A stretch of DNA of 64,000 nt from the NCBI RefSeq assembly GCF_052425735.1, contig NC_135762.1:33666001-33730000 (forward strand). Reading direction: 5' to 3'. Made by a program: the position numbers and the translations under genes. Numbering within the stretch: the first letter of the stretch is position 1; the number at the start of each line of letters is the position of its first letter. Below are positions 53,301 to 64,000 of this stretch, piece after piece. This DNA is from Oculina patagonica (taxonomy: Eukaryota). Below the pieces are notes generated by a model, which worked only from the letters and a program-made list of their open reading frames with translations, was not told the DNA's origin and made no database searches.

Positions 53301-56300
53301 GAACCGATGAAAATGCACGAGAGCTCAAATAGTCGAGTTCAACATTTATCTTAGCCTGCAAATACAGCCGCCTCTCATTCGCCCTCGCATGTAGTAGCTA
53401 GACTACTCTTATCTTATCACGTCGAATTTGAACCTGCTTAATTTTCCTTGAGATTCACTAGTTTGCCAGGCCGATGATGTAAACTAGCGGTGTATTCCAG
53501 CACGTCTGAACGCGCGATGTAGTCTTTCATTCACAGTCATTCATTGACTTTTGTCTGCCACTGTTCTCGTTTAATACCGCCATTCTTTATAAATTTTCAA
53601 ACGTATCTTATTTTTGTCTTTCCTTTCTAGAACACGATGTTATTTAGCCTTCTAAAGACTGCTCGCTTATTACGACTGTTTCGCGCCGCGCGTAAACTGG
53701 ATCGAAACTACGAGTACATGACATCGCTGCTGTTCCTAATGATCATGTTCTTTATGCTAGTCGCTCATTGGCTGGCTTGTATCTGGTATGCAATCGGGCA
53801 GCAAGAAGGCGTGAAATACGACGGCTTATCCTGGCTTAGTATTTTGGGTTATCAAATGGAGTTACCCATTGATCAGACCAGTGGGCCCACCCTAGAGACG
53901 CGGTACTTGACGTCACTTTACTACGTCATGACTCTGTGTACTACTGTAGGGTTTGGAAATGTTTCAGCGAATACAGACGGCGAGAGAATTTTCTCCATAT
54001 GCTGTATGCTGATGGGAGGTAAGCCGTATTTGTTTGCTCTTGTGTATGTGTTCTTTCAGGAGGATTTTGTTAAAAAAGTGCGGCCATTTTCTTTTCAAGA
54101 CGCGCCATGATTGATTTAGCTCACTTACAGCAAGAAGTTCAACGACTTATTTAGTTCTATTTCCAATAGCAAACATATATCAAACGTGACATCGAAGTTT
54201 TTGGTTTTTTGTTGTCATAAAATTTAATATTTTTAATTGGTAATAGGTTTAACAGTGATTCCCCGGCCATTTAGAATGTTTGATCGATTTTTTTTGTAAG
54301 TTGTGTAACAAGATTGCTTTGCTTTGCAGCTGTGATGCACGCTGCCATATTTGGCAATGTGACAGCCATCATTCACGGACAGTATTCAAGTAACTTCCGG
54401 TATCGTAAGGAATCTCTGCAGATCAACGAATTCGTTCGATATTTTAAGATTAAGAATCCGCTGGCCAGGAGGCTCAGGGATTATTCGCGTCACACTTGGT
54501 CACAAACAAAAGGAACAGACATGGCCAAGGTTAGTATCACGTGATCACGCGGCCTTGCTCTTCTAACGTTATTGTAGAAAGAAAATCCAAAGCGAATGCA
54601 CTAAACGTCCGTGTAGCGAATCAGATCATATCATATTTTCTCGAGCATTTTAATGTATTGAAATGATTAGTAAATCAACTGTAAAAGATTGCTTTCCAAA
54701 AATAGAGATAAAATTACGAGAAAAAAAAAACTGCTCAATGGCTTTTATTGAAATGGTCATAAATAAGGGTAAAAAAAATAAAACCACCTTGCACAGCGGA
54801 TTTTCCCGCAAAGTTTTAAGTTAGAGCCACTTTGTCATAACGAGTAGTACACATAAAAGTACTTCTCCATAGTTTTTATTGCAAGAGTCAATCACAAGGG
54901 TTTAATTAAACCAGAAACTTTAAAGGACATGTTTTTAGAGTTCCCAATGATTCCGGCACTTGGTAGAAATTAAATAATGGCGATGGACTACCCGTGCATC
55001 TTTGTGGGACCTGTCGAGATTATCTGCTAATGGTATATTGAATTTCAGGTTCTCCAAAAGTTCCCAGATGGCCTTCAGTACGAAATCCATCTTCATATGC
55101 ACCTCACTGTTCTGTCGCATTCATTTCTGTTCCATGATTTTGAAGATAGCTGCTTGAGAGCGCTAGCAAAGAAAATGCATCGACACCATCACCTCCCTGG
55201 CCACCAGATTCTACACGATGGTGATGATATTGACTCTGTGCATCTCGTGAGACGAGGAAAAATAGACATAATGATGTACAATGAGCCACGAGGAAGAATC
55301 AGTAAGTTTGTTGTCAATAATTTCTGTGAATTATAGGTCTAATATTCCTGTATCGGAAAAATTGAAGAATTATATCTTTTTAGATATTTTAACTGCAGCG
55401 TCGCTGTGTATATCTTAGCTAGTCTTGATATATTTTGGGGAGCCCGTACGGCGGCTCAAAACACAAATGACGAGTAGAAGTGGTTTGGGATACTACACAC
55501 TAAAATATCTCGTTAGAGATGTATTATCAGACACTTTTAACCGTATGTAGTGTTGCACGGCGTCATGAGGATGGACTGTAAATGCCTATTAACCTTGTCT
55601 CCTATAGTACAGATATCGTCCTCGTTTCGCGAGTTCTTACTGACCCGTTGTTGCAAGAAAAAAAAAACATGTTCTGTTTTCTTGTTGTGAAAGCCGCAAG
55701 GGTGAGGTTGTGCACAGGATGCGTGTCTCAGACCAAAAGGAAGCGCAGTCCCCTCACTCTTAGAATATAGTCAACATTATTCTTTTGGCAAGCAGACACT
55801 GAAATATTTTTTTTGCCTGAGTTTATTTTGTAAGGGGGTAAAAATTGCACGTGCGAATTAACAGGGAACAGTTTTGGAACATTATTAGATGTTTCTGCCG
55901 TTTACCATTGCCTTAAAACAGCTTTTATTCGTGTGTTTTCTAGGGGAAGGAGATGCTTATGGTGCCAGCTTGAGGCAAATTTCGTCAAGACCACGAGCAG
56001 TAGTCACCTTACGAGCCTCCACTTGTGTGGACTGTCACGTGATCAAGTTAAGAGATCTTGAAGATGTCATGTCGTCATTCCCTAATCTGCGCGCGCAGCT
56101 GTTAAGTATGATGGATGCCGCTGATCACAATGATTTGTATGATGAGGTAATATAGAGACCTGGCTCTTCGTTTTTATTAGAGCACTGTACGAGTAGTCAC
56201 TCTCTTACCTCGGTCCAGTGTTTTCACGGTGACTAAAGAATATCTTCAGCGTGAGAAACGAAAACCCAGACAGACAGCCCTTTGTGAATCCAACAAGAGA

Positions 56301-57258
56301 AAATATTTGTTTAGTTTTAAGGGTTTTTTTAAGGGGGGGGGGGGGATTAGGGCTGGGGGTGGAGTTAAGGAGGAGGGGGCATTTTACTACCTCATTAAAA
56401 CCTGCCGACAGATATTGATCAATTTCATTGTTGCTACCATAATTATGAGCGATGTCTCTGAAGTAGAATGGAGTTCTGTTTTCGTTCGCAACATCAGTTT
56501 TATTTTTTGTACTCACTGGTACTTACACGTAATTCCTGCTGCAGCACATCACTACAGAATGAGTTTTTCTCTCTTTTTTCCTCTCGTAGGGTGTTACAAA
56601 CGGAAATGGTAACGGAGACGTCTATGGAACTGACAAGAATGGCTCAGGATTGCATGCAAAGCTTGGGTCAGACCGAAAACACTCGTGTACGCACAAGAAA
56701 AACCGGTTACTCGTGGACCAAGAGTATGAAATGAAACCAATGCTCGGTGTTCGCAGCAGTAAGTTATTAGAACCCAAACCTTCTCACAGCTCGAAAGAAA
56801 GACTGGGCAATGGAGACCTGAAGAAATATAAAAGCGTAACTTCCATGGAGGACAACACATCTGCTGAACCAAGTGGACGGTTTATTAATGTAACACAGTT
56901 GTTAACTGATATTGAAATTGAATCTCCTGATGATATTAATGAAAATATTAGAACTATTAACGAGGTTATTGAAGACGGTGGGGTCTGTGAAGGAGATTTT
57001 TCAGAAGAAGCTCCTCAGCATAAGATAAGCACGGCTAAGTCAACATGTTCTGACTGTAAGACGGAATTTCGACCCACAAAAAGCACGGACTTGGAGGAAC
57101 GTTTTCAAGAAATGACATCTAATATGCAGAGATTAGAAAGCAGGATGGAAACTCTTATATCTCTTTTAGAAAGAAGTGGAATTGGCGCGACACCTCCAAC
57201 CCAGGTGAGAGGAACATTAGAGGAAAGAGATCTCAATTGTACCGTGACGTCGGTTTGA
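50351..57258 (+). CDS. KCNH (ether-a-go-go family, Erg/Elk-like) voltage-gated K+ channel with no PAS/eag domain detected; exons 50351-50561 (ATG 50354), 52967-53235, 53631-54018, 54330-54529, 55049-55301, 55944-56146, 56590-57258
   Basis: ILHY..FK..WDW, DI..NFRTTYV, S4 LLKTARLLRL, AHWLACIWYAIG, filter TVGFGN, FGNVTAII, C-linker/CNBHD (CLRALA), distal coiled coil (MQRLESRMETLISLL) and C-terminal VTSV PDZ motif. All introns GT-AG with matching phases and no lesions. Confidence 0.93.
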
Positions 57259-59641
57259 GACTTGTACTGCTATTTTGAATATGCATGTATTTGATACCAA
57301 GAAGTTAAAACTTCACACGCATGCTGCGTCCAGTATTCGATTATTCACCCGGTCACTAGGTGACCCGTGCGAATATTGTCCTGCGGGCAAAGGCTGAGAA
57401 GGTTTTCAGAGCTACTGTATTTCCCGAGTGATACAAATCCATGTGACTGCAAATGAGATAAATCTTTTGACAAGTAAATGCGAAAAGAGGGATATTTTTC
57501 CATCGAATCCGAATGACTCGACGTGAGAAGTCGAGAAAACTCTAGAAATTATTTACGTTTTACAATTTTCGTGTACAATTTAAGTTTGAACGGCAAGATT
57601 TCCACAGAAACACGAAATAGTTTCACGTCGAAACGTTAGCCGCTTTGCTATAACTAGTAGCACTAAAATCAATCTAAGTTACGTATTAAGATTTCCGTGC
57701 GTTTTTTCCACATATACAATCAAGATAAAAGTATGTTGGTTGGTTTATATTATAAATTACAAAATGTGCTTTCGGAACGAAAGCTGAGAACGACAAATAG
57801 TAGAAGAAAGTTCAACGTTATTTGAAAAAAAAGTTCAACGCTCTTACATGTCTGAAGTTTCATACTTCAATACTACACTGTCCTTTCCAGCACACATTTT
57901 TCTAAACTTGTACAGGAATATTTCGAATTTTTAATATATTCAAATTTTGAGCACAACTCGATCCCAAACTAAAATTTTACTTGAGAAATTCTTGTTACTC
58001 ATGGTTTTCACTTTTTTAGAAATTGAATTGAAATCCAAACAAATAAAACTAAGAAGCTGAACAAAAAAAAGAGTTATCTACCTTAGGATGGTTCGGGGCA
58101 AGGTCTATTTCATCGAGGTTTTTATACAAGGAGTAAGGATTAATTAACAGTTAATCAATTGGCTTAAAAACCGTGCCATCTCTTCTCTGTCTTGGAACGA
58201 CTTTGGTCAAATTTACAGCTCCAACTAGATTATCTATTTTCAACACATCACGTTTTAGTAAAGAATTGCTCTGAGTCGTTCTTAAAAATTTTTTTCCTGC
58301 AAAGTTGAAATATAATCTTTAAATAACTACACCGTTATTTGTCAAGAAAAGCATAATTTCTAATGAGAAATGTTAGTTTTCATAAAAATTTGTAGCAGTT
58401 TTTAAAAGGAACGTACTAATTTGTAGAATTTGTAAATATGAATTTTTATACCGTTGTAATGTTTTTGGAAATATCTGTGGGCCAATGACTATTTATTACC
58501 ACAGACAGGAAATTTCTATTGTAATATCTTCAGATAAATATGTGCAATAAAGATTGTGTTGGATACATTGTGCCTTGCTTTTTATGATGTATCAGTAATC
58601 ATTTTTTTGGATACTGAATAAATGAACCACTTATGAAATTTAGCATGGCTCACTGAAACAAACGAAAACAAAATCTGAGTAAAAGGTCGTGGCTCGGAGC
58701 TCCTTAAAGGCACGGGTTTTAGCCAACTTAAGGCATGGGAAATGGCCATCAAATTCGGTAAAATATAAAAAATAGCCCCTTGAAACAGTGAAGGAACATT
58801 TCAAAAACACAACAAAAGAAGGTACGGATGGCCAAAAGCTACGAAGATTGAAACGGATTGCGATTTGGGTTTTTGAAATATTGTTGGGCTGAACAGTTTT
58901 CAAAGTTTTAAATCTCGTTTGCTTGTAACTTTAATTTATAACGCCTGGGAGACACATTTGGTTGCAATGAAGCTATGGTTTTGTCATTTAGATCCATAGA
59001 AGTAATACAAAAGAAACTTGTCTCAGCCGTGACACAGTCCCTTTAATGTGCTTAAATCTAAACTGACCTCATGCAGTAAGAGTCCTGCATAGTAGGGACG
59101 GATCCAGAAAATTCAAAAAAAGAAGGGGCCGAAAAAAATGTGGTGAGAGCGCACACCTCGTACCTGGTGCACATCTCACCTGGGACAAGCCACTCTTCCG
59201 TTGCAGTGTATTTTATACTACTCAAGTGTCATAACACCACTTATTCCTATTTCTTTCTTTCCTTGATGTAAGCAAAGCAGCAGTGAATTGGATGACTCCT
59301 GTATGTTTTGTAGGTTTACCTCGCGCATTTTGATTTTACAGTGCCGAGTAACAGTCCGTTTTCACTGGGAACGGGCCAATTCTTATCAATGAACGAGAAA
59401 AGTCTCTAGTCTATTTGGTGATGTATATCCAGATTCCCAGAACAAAATGTCAAATAAATGTGTGACAAATGAGCAGACCATTCAAAGAACATAGTAAGGA
59501 GAATCTTGAACCAAAATCTGCGACACTTTCAATTGGGACACAGTTCCATGGTGATATTCCCGTTGCCTTTGATGCTCCTTTTTGCCCCTCTGGATGTTGT
59601 TTATTGCTATCCTGTTGTCCAATCGTCCAAACCAATGACAT

Positions 59642-59712
59642 GTGAAGTGAAGTGAAGTGAAGTGAGGGTGAAGTGAAGTGAAGTGAAGTGAAGTGAAGTA
59701 AAGTGAAGTGAA
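59642..59712. repeat. (GTGAA)n pentanucleotide array, probably the tail of a minus-strand retroelement
   Basis: About 14 units followed by TTTATT and a TACTCGG...CCGAGTA stem. Confidence 0.8.
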
Positions 59713-59847
59713 ACTTTATTTATACTCGGAATTCCATCAATTACAATTGGTTTTTATGAAAGCCGAGTAAGATTTAAAAATTTAAATAGAGTTTAATAAC
59801 ACATAAATATTAAAGTGGGACAAACAACATGTGTTGGGCGGCCTTAA

Positions 59848-60076
59848 GGGACGGACCGGGGTTGGGCAATTTCTTCTGAGCAAGATTTTTTTTCTGCAAG
59901 GATATTTGCAAAAATTATTTTTCCAACATAATCCTCCGAAAGATACGTTTTTGCGCAATCCCCGTTTACCTGGCGAGGCTTGCTTGATTTTTTATCTCCT
60001 TCTTTTCGTGTGCAAGATTTTTTTCGCAATTACCAACCCCCACCCCTCCCTCCTCAACAATTAAACGGTCTGTCCC
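59848..60076. mobile_element. PIF/Harbinger-like MITE
   Basis: TAA|GGGACGGACCG...CGGTCTGTCCC|TAA (3-bp TAA TSD); about 200 bp upstream of the fibulin ATG. Confidence 0.65.
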
Positions 60077-60271
60077 TAATTAGCGTCTCAGACTGCAGCT
60101 TGAGAACCCAGGGTGTCCAATTTCGTGACGTCATTATTTTTGATACCACTTAGCTGAGGTTGTGTCACAGGTCATTTTATCTCGAGTGAGCCTTGGATTG
60201 CGTATCTCTCAGCTTCGCACGCAACAGACAGTATACAGCGTTCTGGAAGTTTGGGAAAGCGATTTTTAAAC

Positions 60272-63200
60272 ATGACTCGTTCGGCGAAGATCTTGCTGCT
60301 TCTGGTCATTTCTATGGTGTACATTTCCACTGTCCGAGGTGAGTTACAAAACATTTTATTCAGTCACAGGATGCGAGATTTCGAACGTGATCGGAGATAG
60401 CTGATTATGCTCTCTTTGTTATTTACATCATTGTAAGAAACAATCACACTGTAGTTGTATTTACGGGTCACGAATTCCAGCGGCAAGTACTTAATAAAAG
60501 CTGTGAGGAGTTTCTGAAGTGAAAAAGGGAGGTTTAAATACCGTGTTTGTTGAAATACGCGCGCACATGTACACATGCCAATTTCATTTGCTTTACAAAT
60601 TAATTGCAAATAGTGCAGTGGAAAAATTTTGGCAGCCGTCATCTTTTGACCTTATCTAAACAATAAAGTGTTTGTTGATAAGCATAAGCTTCTTTCGACC
60701 AAAATAGCTTATACTTTTCTTCAAACCTACACATGTAATATCCTAGATGCGCTCCAATGCTGCGGGTATTTCACGGTCTTCGACGTTTCATGGCAGACGT
60801 GGGGTGTGATTACCCAGGGTGATAAATACTCATATTTCCTGTGTAACTGACAGACGGCCATTTAATATATTTTCAGTCCTCACGATTCCTCAGCTAGGTA
60901 ACAGTGCTCTTTCTTATCGCTTTATAATGACAGCCACTACCTATCATCGAATGTTCTCTGAATGGCGTTTCAGGGCGGCCACTCTCGCGGATGTGATTTA
61001 TCTTTCTTGAGATCAATTCCTCATTTAGGAGTTCCTTTTTGCAATGAAGAGAATTTTTTTCAGCCAGTATGAAGTATTTGAAATTCTCATCTGCGTGATT
61101 AGGATTATTCAGTGTGAAGGGGCACCATGTGTTTCAAAAGGGTTAAGTACTTTAATTCCAAATCCAACGACACACCTAAGGGAAAGGTAGAACACCCAGT
61201 TATCTACATCAATAACCAAAAATACAAGAGAAAAAAACAACTAGTCGAGAGGGTCATTGGATTCAATGAAACACAATCTCATCAAACAACCTGTGACCAG
61301 TTTGAAACAAAAATTTCAGCTCTGAAAAAGGTTACAAATTTTTAAAGTGTCATATTTTGTGTAGACCCACCAAAAATTCAAAGAATCGGGTATCACTGAA
61401 GAACAGTGGGGACGAGACCAACACCAGGTGTCCGTCTTAATAAAAGATCATCTTAAAGATTATTAAAGTGATCTCAAATCCAAGAGGATTTTGTCATCAG
61501 ACATATTGATTTCCTCTCGTATTTCCTCCCTTCCTCCCCACCTCTGTATCAGTTGTCTCAGCAATACTATGCATTGTGGGAAATACCCTTGGCGGGATGG
61601 ATGAAGTAAATCGTCCTCGCGCGGGGTACATTGCCGCTTAGTTAGATCAAGTGTTCGCTAAGGCTTTACTTGCATTTTTGTCAATTTTTTCGATCCTTTT
61701 TTCTGTTTATTTGTTTTGCTTGTTTGTTTCATTTTGTGGTTGCTATGAACAAAAAGCGTGGTTCCTCGGAATACTTGATTAAAAACAGCTTCGCAGGATT
61801 AACAAAGTTATCTTTCCCCTTCAACTTCAACAACTTCAACTTGGGATCACTTATTCAGTGTATACTATAAATAGATAAACATGGACATAATGAAGTTCCT
61901 CATTTAAGATCTATTTGGTGCTTGTTTTTCTGGCAGCTTCTTATTTGAGCTGGGTCACTCGATGCTGCTCCAAAGGTCGCCGAAAAGCCCAAGCGACTAA
62001 TGATCCAACTTCGTGTAATTCCGACGATTTGTCCCGACGACGATTCAGGAACGTCATGGACCGCATCATCTGCCGACATTCTGAGAGAATTTGTTGTGTC
62101 AAAGAAATGCAGAAGTTGAGTTGTCAGAGCGGAAAATACGAGGCATCGTAAGTTATGGCAGAATGAGTTGATGTGTGATTAAAAACCACACAAAATAAAG
62201 GGTTTGATTGTTTTTAATATATCATTACTAGTTTTCTTATTATTAAGTTTTCGAAGGTCTTCAGTTCATCTGTAAACTATTGGCTTATAGTTGAATTCCA
62301 GGTCGAGAGTTCCGAGATCGAGTCCTGTGTGCAGTTCTCTCGCCACGCAAAAAGTATATGAAAAATGTCACTAGAAATCAAGGCTACTAAAGGGACCTCA
62401 AACTAGGCTAAGTTGCCTAATTTTATAATGCTATCTTTTTCTCCTCTGGTAATTTTTTAAATAAAAGCCTCTAACGTAAATTTTAATGCAGAAAATTAGA
62501 GCACGTGTTTTGTAGGTGCAAAGGGTCTATTGACAACCCAAAAAGCGCGATGACGCTTTTCTTCTCAAATTTACCTCGGAACTATAACTTTCTGTTATTA
62601 CCATCACAGGTGAATCCTTTTTGAAGATAAGTATTTTTCTGTTCCTTAGCCTGGGCGAGTCGTGCGACACTTTCAGACCATTTGTTGGTGGAGATGATTT
62701 TCGAGAGTGCTGCGACTGCTGTTCTCTGGGAATCCGAGCCAGGGCGGACCCGTATGCGAGCTGTTCTACCGACAAGTTTCCAGAGATCATGTCCAAGAAC
62801 TTTAGCTTTCCCTGCGTCCAGGCCTTTCACGAGTGTTGCCGTGGTAAGAATAACGATCAACGGTCATTTCTTGCTGTTGTTTTGCTTCTGTATTATCGAC
62901 TTGTTAAGACACCTTGTTTCTGTTATTTAAATCATCTAAAAAGAACAGGTTTACAAGATAGAATAAAAAAAAACTATCTTTTCAAATGGCCTGTACCACA
63001 AAGTTTTACTTGAGGAGAGGGGTTGTAGGTGAACTATTCCAATCAATGTACATCTCTTTACAAATAGTCATTTCCACTTTGAAGCGGTTTGTCTGTAACA
63101 ACGGGTAGAACTGTTTCAGCTTAAGCCTTGGCTTTCAATACTTTATTCTTGAGCAGAGAAGATCAGGAAACGTTGGTTGAGAAAGCTGCAGTGTTGACCA

Positions 63201-64000
63201 CGGCGCCAACAGTTGCCCGTCGTTTTACCAAACAGATACGACAAAATAACTATATTTACTACATTTATAGAGTGGAGGGGGACAGGGGGGCGGGAGCACG
63301 TGAGAAAAGGGGCGGGAAGCGGGATTCCTAAAGTGGCGGGAACCGGGAGAAAACGAGTGAAATTTTGTAACATTTCATTATATTTCGCAATAGACATGGA
63401 ACAAACAGGAGAGAACAGCTACGGAAAGGGATGGGAGGCGGGAGTAAAAGGTACGGGAGGCGGGAGGTTCAGACCCCCCTGTCCCCCCCCCCCTATAGAG
63501 GAAGCCACATCAGCTCTTGCTGGTTTTCATCCGGGTCCTATATTCTGGTCGATTTGGATTTTGGAAATATTGGTTTTTCAAGAGGGAGGAAAACTGGAGA
63601 ACACGGAGAAAAACCCTCTGAGCAAAGATAAAAATCCACAACAAACTCAATCCAGATATGACGCCGGGACCGGGAATCGAACCCGGACCACATTGGTGGG
63701 AGGCGAGCGCTCACCACTGCGCCATCCCTGCTCCCTAAATTAATACAAAGGAGTATTGGAATTTGCCTTACTCGGAGTTTTCTACTAAGAAAAAAATAAC
63801 TTTAGGTGTACTTTAACACGTTCGATTATCAAACAGAAAGCTTCATTTTTTCTTCACAGGTAACATAACGCTGCCTACGGTTATTCCGACGCTTCCGTCT
63901 CGGCAACCAAAGTGTTCTGACAATTTCTGTGAGCAGCTGTGTCGAAAATCACCGAGCGGAGCCGCAGAATGTTATTGTCGTAGCGGCTATGCTCTACAGC
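60272..64000 (+). CDS. Fibulin-1/2-like extracellular matrix protein, 5' part; exons 60272-60338, 61937-62147, 62650-62843, 63860-(beyond 64000)
   Basis: Signal peptide MTRSAKILLLLVISMVYISTVR; anaphylatoxin-like modules (RCCSKG...C...ICC; C..G; ECCDCCSLG...C...C..AFHECC); then an EGF-like module (C..NFCEQLC......CYCRSGY); phases consistent. Confidence 0.88.
63266..63497. mobile_element. G-rich MITE-like element in a fibulin intron
   Basis: Imperfect TIR TAGAGTGGAGGGGGACAGGGGGG...CCCCCTGTCCCCCCCCCCTATA with internal GGCGGGA repeats. Confidence 0.5.
63499..63735 (-). mobile_element. tRNA-derived SINE (V/Meta-like central domain)
   Basis: Minus strand reads GGGAGCAGGGATGGCGCAGTGG (A box)...GGTTCGATTCC (B box)...GGGTTTTTCTCCGTGTTCTCCAGTTTTCCTCCC. 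Confidence 0.82.

Noticed and set aside
58690-59046. Second Kolobok-like element ending GTGACACAGTCCCT|TTAA
   Set aside because: No matching left TIR could be found, so the boundaries are unsupported.
63213-63743. 176-aa ORF; likewise the 142-aa ORF at 46303-46731 and the 144-aa ORF at 20320-20754
   Set aside because: These run through SINE/MITE sequence or are antisense shadows of the Kelch CDS, with no protein motifs.

Overview
AT-rich animal genomic DNA with spliceosomal introns, most likely a cnidarian (probably a stony coral, judged from gene content and SINE/MITE families). It has two short N-gaps. Nine genes were reconstructed by hand from splice sites: the 3' end of a STARD10-like gene (+); two intronless DUF1295 (steroid 5-alpha-reductase-like) paralogues arranged head-to-head; NDUFA2 (-); a CaMK-family kinase (+); a 10-exon nicotinic acetylcholine receptor alpha subunit (-) with an intronless BTB-BACK-Kelch gene nested on the same strand in intron 2; a KCNH (Erg/Elk-like) K+ channel with no visible PAS/eag domain (+); and the 5' part of a fibulin-1/2-like gene (+). 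MITEs, SINEs, an RTE LINE fragment and microsatellites lie between and within them. The most striking pattern is that three consecutive, otherwise well-conserved genes within about 7 kb are each interrupted. The kinase has a +1 frameshift at ACA-TGA-C, the nAChR has two in-frame TGA codons in the M3-M4 loop, and the Kelch gene has an in-frame TAA-C before its last propeller strands. In each case coding continues beyond the lesion. This could be recoding or editing, a decaying duplicated or haplotype block, or assembly error; the sequence alone cannot decide. The KCNH channel is also unusual: a histidine-dense C-linker/CNBHD and several candidate short alternative first exons in place of the PAS domain.
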